Shown in pieces: positions 9,501 to 18,282 of a stretch of DNA of 64,000 nt. The DNA comes from Candidatus Latescibacterota bacterium (lineage in GTDB: Bacteria > Latescibacterota > UBA2968 > GCA-2709665). The DNA is taken from contig OZ241917.1 of the NCBI GenBank assembly GCA_965203805.1, forward strand, positions 5,120,001 to 5,184,000, read 5' to 3'. The notes under the pieces were generated by a model. That model was not told the origin of the DNA, did not search any database, and saw nothing but the letters and a program-made list of their open reading frames with translations. Positions within the stretch are counted from its first letter, which is position 1. The number at the start of each line of letters is the position of its first letter. The translations under genes were made by a program, and so were the position numbers.

Positions 9501-12500
9501 TTATCCAATGACTTCCAGGAGTTCCGCAACGACCTGAAGCTCTCCCTCGTCCCTCTCCTTCAGCACGATGGGTTCGAATTCGGGATTGTTGGGCCGGAGC
9601 GTAATGACGTCGTGCCGCCAGGATTCACCGTATGGGATCTTCTCGCTGTGATAACGCTTGATGGTGTAGCGCTGGCCTGTTTCGGGATCCGTTGCGTCGC
9701 TGAGTTGAACCAGGACGGTCTTTCCCTGACGCGTTCCCTCGACGGGTGCAAGAAATAAGCCATACGCTCCGTCCGGAACCGCGGGCTCCATTGATCGCCC
9801 CACGATTTGCGCGACAAACATGCCCGGCCGTAGACGATGGCGAGAGTCCACGGATGCCCATTCGAATTCGCCGTCCTCGATGTGCTGTGGATCGCCGAAT
9901 GCGCCAGCAGCCGCTTTGAGCGGAACAAACGGCACACACGTAACGTATCGTTCCTCGGCGCTGCCTTCAACCAGTCGCAGTGCGGCCGGGAACCCACGAT
10001 CTGTCGCTGTTTCATCCGTTAAAGCTGTTACGGCCGATTCGGTACGTAGCCGTTCATAGGCTTCGTCGGCCATCCGCTCGCGGATAACATCCTGAAACGA
10101 CTCGTCGTTCATATATCGCTGGAAGATCGCCTCGTTCTGGTCCATGCGTTCGACGAAGATTTGATCCAGCAGACTCCTGAACACCAGTTCGAATTTGTCC
10201 TTAGGATTTACCGATGCCGCCTGACGCATGCCATCGTCGGCAACTGCGGCCTCAACGATGTGATCGAAGAAGAGTTGGTCGGCCTGATTGAAGTCCGTCC
10301 CGAATCGCTCGTTAACGACATCGATCAGTAGGGAAAGCGGGACCGATTCTTCGTGTACTTCCCCGGCGCCGACCTCTGTCGGTCCGTCAAGGGCGTGCGC
10401 CTCGCCATCACTAAGCGAAATCGAGCCTTCGCTGATCTTTTGCAGCCGGTAGTACTCGAGCCGTACGTCATCGTCGAACTGATAACCCGGCCCGCTACTT
10501 CGTTTCCGCAGCCTTCGCGATAAATGACGCAAGAAGACGTGAAGACGTTCCAGGTCCGAGTCCTGGTACGGTATAATCTGGCTCAGAAAACCGTAGAGAT
10601 TCCGGAATGCCTGAATCTGTCCGCGCAGGAGCTCCGCAGCGTCCTCATCTTCTTCCAACAGTTCATTGAAGCGCGCGATTGCGGGATCAAGCGCGGCGTT
10701 CATCTCCTTGTGGTCTTGTACGGTCTGACGCTGCTTTGGCTTGAAGTAAACGGCACAGAACCGTTCGACTTCATCTTCCAGATAGATCCCTGACGCGTCA
10801 AGTTCGCTCTTGACCTCATACATTCGATTGGGATCGACTTCCTCACCCATCTCCGCGCCTTCGTAGTAGACTTTGAACGCCTCCTGGATCTCCTCCCGAT
10901 CGTTGACGAAGTCCAGTACGAATGTGTCCTCTTTGAGCGGATGGGTGCGATTGAGTCGCGAGAGCGTCTGAACTGCCTGAATGCCCGCGAGTCGCTTGTC
11001 AACGTACATCGTATGCAGTAACGGCTGATCGAATCCGGTCTGGTATTTCTCGGCCACCAGCAGTACCTGATATTCCTGTGTCGCGAACTTTTCCGGGAGC
11101 TCCTTTTCACGGATGCCCTGGTTCATCGTTGCTTCGGTGTACTCGACGTCCGGTAGCTTGTCGTCTTGTACGGTACCGGAGAACGCGACCAGCGTCTTGA
11201 TCGGATATTGCTTCTGCTCGATATAACGATCAAATCTCTGCTTGTATCGCACGGCTTTGAGGCGCGAGTCTGTCACCACCATGGCCTTGGCCCGGCCGCC
11301 TATCTTGTGTCGCGTGACGGTCTGGAAATGCTCCACCATCACTTCGGTTTTCTGCGCGATGTTGTATGGATGCAGCTGCATAAAGCGAGCAAGCGCGCGC
11401 GCCGCCTGTTTCCGCTCCACGTTTGGATCGTCTTCGCGGGCCTTGAGCAGTTTGAAGTAGGTCGCGTAGGTCGTGTAATGCTCAAGCACGTCGAGGATGA
11501 ATCCTTCCTCGATTGCCTGCCGCATCGTGTACTTGTGAAATTGCTCGCCGTCGCGGCCGAACACGGCAAGTGTCCTGTGTTTGGGCGTTGCCGTAAACGC
11601 AAAGAAACTCAGGTTCGCCTGCCTGCCGCGCTTGGCCATGCTGCGGAATAATTCTTCAAGTTCCTCGCTCCCCTCTTCCTCAGCCTGTCTGCGTGCCGCC
11701 TCCCGCAGATCCTCTCCGCCCAGGACCTCCCTGAGATGGGTCGAGGTCTCTCCACCCTGCGAACTGTGCGCTTCGTCGACGATGACTGCACAACGCCGTG
11801 AAGGTAGCGTACCGGATCCGGATGCGCCTCTTTCTTCGGCCATCTTGAGCAAATGTTGCGAGACGAACGGGAATTTCTGAAGTGTGGTGATGATGATCGG
11901 GACCGCGTGCTCTAGGGCTTCGGCGAGTTGGCGAGACCGTTCGTCGATCTTCTGGACGACGCCATGCTTGTGTTCAAACTGGTAGATCGTGTCTTGCAGT
12001 TGCTGATCCAGGACGACGCGGTCAGTCACCACGATCACGCTATCGAAGACGCGCTCACTGTCTATATCGTGCAGGGAAGCCAGGCGGTGTGCAAGCCAGC
12101 CGATTGTGTTGCTCTTGCCGCTACCCGCCGAGTGTTCGATGAGGTAGTTATTCCCGACACCCTCGTCGCGAGCCGTTTTCACCAATTGCCGGACGGCATC
12201 GAGCTGGTGATAGCGCGGGAAAATCATCGACTCGACCTTCACTTTTCGGCCTTGGTCGTCGCGTTTTTCCTCGGTCTGCAGATGGATATAACGTGCGAGT
12301 ATGTCAAGCAGGCTATCGCGCTCTAACACTTCCTCCCAGAGGTATGCCGTCCGATAATTCCGTCCCTCCGGATCGGGTGGGTTGCCGGCTCCGGCGTCAT
12401 CTCCTTTGTCGAACGGCAGGAAATGGGTCGCGTCGCCCGCCAATCGGGTGGTCATGCGGACACACTCTGTGTCAACCGCGAAATGAACGAGCGTCCGGCG

Positions 12501-13052
12501 TTTGAAATCGAAGATTGGTTCGCGGGGGTCACGGTCACCTCGGTACTGACGTATCGCGTCTTCTACGGTCTGCCCTGTGAGTGGGTTCTTGAGTTCCACC
12601 GTAGCGACGGGGATGCCGTTCAGGCTAACCGTCAAGTCGAGAGACTTCTCAGATTTGGGAGAATAACGAAGTTGGCGGGTGAGACCGAGCCGGTTCGCGG
12701 CGTAGCGGGCTTCGAGTTCCGGGTTCAACTCGTGAGCGGCCTTGAAAAATGCGGGATAAAGGGTGCGTCCGTAGCACTTAAACCCATGACGCAACGTAGC
12801 GAGCGATCCGTTCGTATCCATCCACTTGCACAGGTCATTGATAACCCGCTCATCGGTTCGATTACCGTGAAGCGCCTCCAGCCTGGTCCATTCTTTGGGC
12901 TGCGTGTCACGGATGAACGCCAAAACGACGCTAGGAAAGATCGCCCGATCGCGGTCGAAGCCACCTGCGGCGACCGAAACGTAACCATTCGCCAATAGAT
13001 GAGTTTCGATTACCGTTTCGAAGGCGGCTTCTGTGTGGCGGGAGTCGTTCAC
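9501..13052 (-). CDS. hsdR: Type I restriction enzyme R subunit with C-terminal S24 (LexA-like) peptidase domain
   Basis: [13 protein letters not shown] nuclease, HSAGSGKS Walker [21 protein letters not shown]; C-term AAAG...GRSMEP...TIKRY...[11 protein letters not shown]. Confidence 0.92.
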   Translation of the reverse strand: MNDSRHTEAAFETVIETHLLANGYVSVAAGGFDRDRAIFPSVVLAFIRDTQPKEWTRLEALHGNRTDERVINDLCKWMDTNGSLATLRHGFKCYGRTLYPAFFKAAHELNPELEARYAANRLGLTRQLRYSPKSEKSLDLTVSLNGIPVATVELKNPLTGQTVEDAIRQYRGDRDPREPIFDFKRRTLVHFAVDTECVRMTTRLAGDATHFLPFDKGDDAGAGNPPDPEGRNYRTAYLWEEVLERDSLLDILARYIHLQTEEKRDDQGRKVKVESMIFPRYHQLDAVRQLVKTARDEGVGNNYLIEHSAGSGKSNTIGWLAHRLASLHDIDSERVFDSVIVVTDRVVLDQQLQDTIYQFEHKHGVVQKIDERSRQLAEALEHAVPIIITTLQKFPFVSQHLLKMAEERGASGSGTLPSRRCAVIVDEAHSSQGGETSTHLREVLGGEDLREAARRQAEEEGSEELEELFRSMAKRGRQANLSFFAFTATPKHRTLAVFGRDGEQFHKYTMRQAIEEGFILDVLEHYTTYATYFKLLKAREDDPNVERKQAARALARFMQLHPYNIAQKTEVMVEHFQTVTRHKIGGRAKAMVVTDSRLKAVRYKQRFDRYIEQKQYPIKTLVAFSGTVQDDKLPDVEYTEATMNQGIREKELPEKFATQEYQVLLVAEKYQTGFDQPLLHTMYVDKRLAGIQAVQTLSRLNRTHPLKEDTFVLDFVNDREEIQEAFKVYYEGAEMGEEVDPNRMYEVKSELDASGIYLEDEVERFCAVYFKPKQRQTVQDHKEMNAALDPAIARFNELLEEDEDAAELLRGQIQAFRNLYGFLSQIIPYQDSDLERLHVFLRHLSRRLRKRSSGPGYQFDDDVRLEYYRLQKISEGSISLSDGEAHALDGPTEVGAGEVHEESVPLSLLIDVVNERFGTDFNQADQLFFDHIVEAAVADDGMRQAASVNPKDKFELVFRSLLDQIFVERMDQNEAIFQRYMNDESFQDVIRERMADEAYERLRTESAVTALTDETATDRGFPAALRLVEGSAEERYVTCVPFVPLKAAAGAFGDPQHIEDGEFEWASVDSRHRLRPGMFVAQIVGRSMEPAVPDGAYGLFLAPVEGTRQGKTVLVQLSDATDPETGQRYTIKRYHSEKIPYGESWRHDVITLRPNNPEFEPIVLKERDEGELQVVAELLEVIG

Positions 13053-13115
13053 GCGGGATTATCCATCCTACGGGCCCCATTTGACAGATAGACCACAGAC
13101 ACAAATGCGGCTGGA

Positions 13116-13144
13116 GGTGTACATGCAAAGTCGACTATTGTCAA
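13116..13144 (-). promoter_or_regulatory. Possible dedicated promoter of intact hsdR
   Basis: Minus strand TTGACA-17bp-TACACC preceded by TG; the -10 is weak. Confidence 0.35.
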
Positions 13145-13182
13145 GAAACAGAACAAGGCTGAGAGCGCACCCACAGCAAACA

Positions 13183-14316
13183 TCATACAGGTTCATGTCG
13201 GTTTAGATAAAGAATTCGTCTTTCCCGTCCCCCGATAGCGACTCTCTCTATTTCCTCATCGCAATAGAATCTGTAACGCTCGCCGACCGTCAAACCATCT
13301 AGACTTGGCCCCCCTCCCTTAACCTTGCCCAGACGTTTTCCTTCGTTCGTGAGCAATCCCCAATACCCGCTTCCACGGTCAAATCTCTCGAAGGTTCCCT
13401 CCAGCGTTACTGATTCACTTCCCAGATTTGTTACACTCGAAAGTGCTTTCATTAACAGGCCTGCCTCGGACTGAGATACCGCGCGGCTGCTTGGGCGGTC
13501 TGATTTCGGTTCTGCCCACGAGTAGCGCAACCCCGTTTCTCGTTCAACCAAAAAACGCAAGAGCTTCAGGTACGTCCCTGCCAGGTGCCCACGTTGTTCC
13601 TTGACTGTGAGAAGTGTTTTCTGAGGGTTCGCAGTATCCTCAAATAGCAAATCGATTCGTCGTAGCGCTCTCGCAAGTTTACTGCCTCCGAAGAAATCCG
13701 GCATACTCGCTGCTTCAAGGACAATCTGAAATGATCCGGCTGCAGCTGGAACAACGACGTCCATCATGTCTTCATCGGGCTGCCGATAGCGAGGATCGTC
13801 TCCCTTCATTTCTAATTTGTAAGCGTGTTTGACCATTCCCTGAACCAGACTCAACATCCCTGCGAGCGTATCGGCACGGATGCGATGTTGCACCGTTGCC
13901 TCTGGCGGCTCAGCGGCGACCTCGAGTACGAGGTTGTTGCGTTCACGGGCTTCCCTGAGCACAGAATCGTCTGAAGAGCGGTCATGTAAAACAAAACCAG
14001 CATCTGGAAGAAATCCACCATCTATAAGGGTAGTAGACAGTCTATTGAGCTCCAGTGGATGATTCAGGTCGGTATCCACTGTCGCCAGATACCGTTCCTC
14101 ATCGTCCGAATGGATCAGCAACGAACGCAGATCGAGCGCGCCTGAACGGAATTTCCGCAATCGCTCGGGAGCGACACCGGCTACGAGAAAACGTCCGTTC
14201 TTATCTTCGGAGTCGACACCGACTGCGATATAGCACCCGCCGATGGCGTCGCGCGCCTCGAAAATCTGCGGCCCGTCGTAATAGAATAGCGTATTGGTGT
14301 GACGGATCTTTTTCAT
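13183..14316 (-). CDS. DUF6575-like N-terminal domain protein
   Basis: N-term LFYYDGPQIFEARD..G..YIAV...FRSGALDLRSLL...FLPDAGF recalled as DUF6575-like; ATGA overlap with the upstream small gene. Confidence 0.6.
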   Translation of the reverse strand: MKKIRHTNTLFYYDGPQIFEARDAIGGCYIAVGVDSEDKNGRFLVAGVAPERLRKFRSGALDLRSLLIHSDDEERYLATVDTDLNHPLELNRLSTTLIDGGFLPDAGFVLHDRSSDDSVLREARERNNLVLEVAAEPPEATVQHRIRADTLAGMLSLVQGMVKHAYKLEMKGDDPRYRQPDEDMMDVVVPAAAGSFQIVLEAASMPDFFGGSKLARALRRIDLLFEDTANPQKTLLTVKEQRGHLAGTYLKLLRFLVERETGLRYSWAEPKSDRPSSRAVSQSEAGLLMKALSSVTNLGSESVTLEGTFERFDRGSGYWGLLTNEGKRLGKVKGGGPSLDGLTVGERYRFYCDEEIERVAIGGRERRILYLNRHEPV

Positions 14317-14690
14317 GGAGTTTCCACTACACAGTGCGCCAAAATATCGAAATCTGCCAGCGGCCACCAGGTGTGATGGGAGCGCTGACCTGTCTGTTGA
14401 AGGGCGCCCGCGCCATTTTCAAGTATTACTCGGCAGATTAAACGTCCGCGTAGGCTCGGGAGTTTCAATGCCTTATGGGAATCGCCTCGTTCAGCAAAAA
14501 CAGATAGTCCCCTGGCTTGGCACTCGGAGATTTTGCCAAAGTCTCGGTCCGGATTTTGAGCTCGCTGGGATGCGAAGTCCTCCTCCTCCGGCGGGCTGGT
14601 TCGCACCAATCGAAAAACCACTCGTGTTGCTGAGATGTTTTCTGCGGCATCAGGTGGGCACCCTTCGGGCAAAGGCTCTCGGTAATTCAT
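14313..14690 (-). CDS. Small hypothetical protein, possible ADP-ribosyltransferase-like fold
   Basis: LPEGCPP..VFR..DFAS..GLSVF..HHTWW; the R/S/H strand pattern suggests ART-like folds (inference). Confidence 0.5.
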   Translation of the reverse strand: MNYREPLPEGCPPDAAENISATRVVFRLVRTSPPEEEDFASQRAQNPDRDFGKISECQARGLSVFAERGDSHKALKLPSLRGRLICRVILENGAGALQQTGQRSHHTWWPLADFDILAHCVVETP

Positions 14691-14824
14691 AGGCTGGCAG
14701 AGATGACTGAGCTCTGGTGCTCAAGGCAACGCCGTCCTGGACGTCGTTTTTTCAGGTCACCGAGGCAATTATGAGCGCGGAAACCTGTTCTTGGATCAGT
14801 GAAATGATATTGTTCGCGATTGCT

Positions 14825-15069
14825 CAGAGTGGGCGAGCCCCTCGTGTTCATTCACTTGCAAAGATCCGCGAGAACGTGGTCTCCCGTTTGATCGGCATGC
14901 AGCGCCTGCGGTTTGGGACACTCCCCTGCCTGAGTGTCCCGAATAAACGCCAAAACGACGTTGGGAAATTTCACCCGGGTCCGGTCGAATTCACCAGCGG
15001 CAACTGAGACGTAGCGGTTCGTCAGTAGATGTGATTCGAAACGGTTTCGAAGGCGAACTCGGAATATCC
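14825..15069 (-). pseudogene. hsdR: Decayed 5' fragment of hsdR
   Basis: Translates [44 protein letters not shown]...DLCK*MNT, matching the intact HsdR N-term ([45 protein letters not shown]...DLCKWMDT); 1-nt frameshift and TGA at 14852-14854. Confidence 0.85.
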
Positions 15070-15084
15070 TTCGTCTCTTCGCAG

Positions 15085-15795
15085 CTATCTGTCTTTCCGC
15101 GCATATCGCTTGCGTTGGCGGAGTTTGTTGAGGACCATTGTGTACTCTGTTAGACCGGCACGAATTGCAACGCAGAACTCGTTGAAGCTACCATCCTCTT
15201 TGCGATCGCAAATGGTGTCGCGGGCACGCCGAACAGCGGCAGCGGACATCGGGTCAGCCCCCGACTGTCCGTAAATGAACTCGTCAATGGCTCGCTTTCG
15301 GTCTTCGGTGAGGCTCTTGTGATTCAGACCAAGGACGTCAATCGTGGTTTTGGCCTCGTTTCGTTCGCCCACGGCCTCTATCTTGCCATCAAGTTTGAAC
15401 TGAAAGACCTGTTCGCAAACAGGCTTAAGGGGAGACACGAATTCAGTGCCATTGTTATCCCACCAATTACCCTTAAGTTGCGCCCCATAGCGAAATCTCG
15501 CCTTCATACCATGTCGTGGGAAACACGCTACCAGATTGGTGTAGTCCAGGTCAGATCCAGGCAGTTCCGTCCGGCAGCGACTCTGTGGCTTGATATGCTC
15601 TACATGCGATGAACTGCTGTCGATTCGACGCATTGTATAGGCACACAACCCGCCCTGGTCTGCAATCATGCCTGTCAATATCTGCTCCTTCTGGTCGGAA
15701 GGCACCTCACGCCAATCAGACTTGCTTGTTCCCGAAACTTCAGCGCTCCACTCGGAATAAGTGTGCGGGCATCCGCTCTTCCGGATGTACTTCAT
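15085..15795 (-). CDS. ptuB: PtuB-like (TIGR02646-type) HNH endonuclease
   Basis: MKYIRK..DQGGLCAY..RRI..HVEHIKPQS..DLDYTNLVAC..TIDVLGLN; ATGA-coupled to the ATPase. Confidence 0.8.
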   Translation of the reverse strand: MKYIRKSGCPHTYSEWSAEVSGTSKSDWREVPSDQKEQILTGMIADQGGLCAYTMRRIDSSSSHVEHIKPQSRCRTELPGSDLDYTNLVACFPRHGMKARFRYGAQLKGNWWDNNGTEFVSPLKPVCEQVFQFKLDGKIEAVGERNEAKTTIDVLGLNHKSLTEDRKRAIDEFIYGQSGADPMSAAAVRRARDTICDRKEDGSFNEFCVAIRAGLTEYTMVLNKLRQRKRYARKDR

Positions 15796-17030
15796 TCGGA
15801 CAGAATCTCCAGTCGAGCGATGCGCGCTTCAAGGACGGACCATTCTGGTAGGTCAAGCCCGTTCTTTTTGGCCTCTGAGATCGCGGTGTGCGCTTCCTCG
15901 AATGTTCCTTTCGCAATCAAGTTCTCAACAGATTGAATCGCAGCCATCGCATCCTCAGGTCGATCATCGGCCTCCATGAGGTGACGCAGGATCCAATTTG
16001 AATCCATCCCAAGGCTGCGGTCGGGATGAATCACTCCGCCAGGAGCCAATAGGAGGACTTGATCGGGCTCCACGGACGCCACGACCTGAGGCGAATGGGT
16101 TGTCGCAATGAACTGACAGCGCGGAAACGTGGCGGTCAATTTGTGAATGATTTGGCGCTGCCATTTGGGGTGCAGATGTAACTCCAACTCGTCGATTAAG
16201 ACCACGCCTGATCCATAAAGCGGGTTTTCGAGCCGAGGGTTCGCTAGCGCCAACCGCCGCCCTAGGTCGCACGTCATCGCTAAAAAAGACCGCTCGCCGT
16301 CCGAAAGCTGGGACAAGTCCAAAGTCTCTCCGTCCTTGTCCACCAATAACCGAGGCGGTTCTTCCTGGATACGCAGATTCGCAAAACCGCCCAGAAACGT
16401 AGTGAGCGCGCCGGAAATCGCCGCAACGGCACGATCGCCGAGATAGTCTGGGTTGTTTCTGCGTTCAGTACGCTCTACAGTTACCGCGCTTCTATATCGC
16501 GCCATGAAATCACGGAAGTTAACTGTACGATTGAAGAGGGCGCCTGAATAGGCAGCAGACGGACCCCGTGGCATAGCTATTGGAAGTTTCTTTGGCATTC
16601 GGTAGCCTGCTCTATCGGTTGTGTAGTAGACTGCAAGTGGTGCTGCATCATCGGTGCGGAAGGCGTCTCCGTATGCCTTTCTTGCCTCCCGCTTGACGGC
16701 TGCAGGTAACTTCGTCGCCTCATTCTTCCGGTTTCTCTTATCGTAAGTGACCTTGTATGCAATTGGAATTCCGGCGCAGTTTACACTCATACCCAATTCG
16801 GCAGACATGGTACCAATATGGACGTCAGATGGATTAATTCTGCGATAGCCGCTACGCGCTGTCGACACATGGGGAAGCAACCGAGAGCACAGGAACGCAA
16901 GACCATCGAGGAGCGCAGTTTTGCCCCTCCCATTGATACCCGCGACGACGGTGAACCGGTCCGCGAATTTAAACGGCGGTGGATCGACATAGACTCGATA
17001 ATTTCGAATCGTTAGCTCACTTATCCTCAT
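15792..17030 (-). CDS. ptuA: PtuA-like ABC/AAA ATPase (Septu/retron-effector family)
   Basis: GINGRGKT Walker A, LSQLSDGE signature, VLIDELELHLHPKWQ, TTHSPQV. Confidence 0.85.
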   Translation of the reverse strand: MRISELTIRNYRVYVDPPPFKFADRFTVVAGINGRGKTALLDGLAFLCSRLLPHVSTARSGYRRINPSDVHIGTMSAELGMSVNCAGIPIAYKVTYDKRNRKNEATKLPAAVKREARKAYGDAFRTDDAAPLAVYYTTDRAGYRMPKKLPIAMPRGPSAAYSGALFNRTVNFRDFMARYRSAVTVERTERRNNPDYLGDRAVAAISGALTTFLGGFANLRIQEEPPRLLVDKDGETLDLSQLSDGERSFLAMTCDLGRRLALANPRLENPLYGSGVVLIDELELHLHPKWQRQIIHKLTATFPRCQFIATTHSPQVVASVEPDQVLLLAPGGVIHPDRSLGMDSNWILRHLMEADDRPEDAMAAIQSVENLIAKGTFEEAHTAISEAKKNGLDLPEWSVLEARIARLEILSE

Positions 17031-17034
17031 ATTC

Positions 17035-18282
17035 TCACGTCACCTCCAACTGACCGGTCACGGCCTCGGCAATGAGAGCCGAGCGGCGCTCCTTGAGGAG
17101 TGAAATGGTGTGCTCGGCAGCTACCCTAACGCTCTCAATCTTTCTTGCTTCGTTTGCGACAGCGGACACAATTGTCCTCTGCTCGGAAACAGGAGGAACC
17201 GGAACATACATCTCTCCCATTCTTTGCTGATTCAGAATAGGTAATGTCGAACTATTAGCCATTTCAGCCATGACGTCCCCAAGCATCCAAAGAACATAAG
17301 CAAGGAAATGTGGCTCAACATCGCTTCGCGGAATCATAGCGTTGATCTGTTGATTGGCAGAGGCTGGTGCTTCGATGATTCCCACCTTGCCAAGTGTCGC
17401 TCCGATGCCTACAACAAACACGGAACCAGCCGGGAATAGCTTCGCCTCCCCTGATGACACTGCCTCTTGTGCGAGCCTGCGCGCCGATTCGCGGAGAACG
17501 AGATCGCTACTAAAATCGCTAGGAGTAAACCAGTCCACACTATTCTCGTCCAGATCATCCACGTAATCGATCGACGGTGTTCCACCGGTCTCAATTGAAC
17601 CGCAGGCATAGCGCAATGAAGTCACCTCCCAGTGCACCGGAATTTCGCGAAGCCAAGAGATACCCGAGTCGTGTAGCGGTACCTTTGAGTCGAAGCCCCG
17701 CGTGACAGCGCGGCTAATGAGTGCATGGTGTTTTTCGGCCAGCAGGTCCAGCAACTTCCCCTTTTCCGCGATTAGCGCATCGATCCGCGCCGTCTCGCAG
17801 TCGAGGTAGTCAGCGATGTTGCGTTGTACTTGCGGTAAAGGAGTTGGTAAGCGAATTGACTTCAGGTCGTCAGCACTAATCTCCATAAAGGTGGAGCCAC
17901 GGCCAAGGACTCGAAGGTATTCAGTTTTGCTAAATAGCCAGTAATAATAGAACCGCGTATCGGTGTCATCTGTCGGCGTCAACAGAAAACAGCCTTGGTT
18001 TGAGCATGCTGATCGCTTTAGCACTGCAAGCTGTCCGATTGGTGCTCTCTTTGACAGGATAATTGAATGGCTTGGAACCATACTCGTGCCGGAATATCGA
18101 TAACCAGCACGTGAGATTTTTCGGCGAGTATCCTCAAGCCAATAACTCTTCCTTGCACTCAGGTCTTCCGGCGTCACCCAAAGGATCTCACCATTCCAGA
18201 ATTCAGGATTACCGCTTGGTGGTGTGGCTCCACTCGTCACTTTGAATACGCGTCGGAGTTGGGTCACACAGTCATTCCTCAC
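17035..18282 (-). CDS. hsdS: Type I R-M specificity subunit
   Basis: Two TRDs (SGATP / TGGTP) and conserved spacers IADYLD..TARIDALI and LLKERRSALIAEAVTG. Confidence 0.92.
   Translation of the reverse strand: MRNDCVTQLRRVFKVTSGATPPSGNPEFWNGEILWVTPEDLSARKSYWLEDTRRKISRAGYRYSGTSMVPSHSIILSKRAPIGQLAVLKRSACSNQGCFLLTPTDDTDTRFYYYWLFSKTEYLRVLGRGSTFMEISADDLKSIRLPTPLPQVQRNIADYLDCETARIDALIAEKGKLLDLLAEKHHALISRAVTRGFDSKVPLHDSGISWLREIPVHWEVTSLRYACGSIETGGTPSIDYVDDLDENSVDWFTPSDFSSDLVLRESARRLAQEAVSSGEAKLFPAGSVFVVGIGATLGKVGIIEAPASANQQINAMIPRSDVEPHFLAYVLWMLGDVMAEMANSSTLPILNQQRMGEMYVPVPPVSEQRTIVSAVANEARKIESVRVAAEHTISLLKERRSALIAEAVTGQLEVT

Noticed and set aside
14690-17030. Retron (msr-msd + RT) associated with ptuAB
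   Set aside because: No reverse transcriptase ORF in the window; ptuA abuts hsdS, and the gap after ptuB is largely explained by the hsdR remnant.
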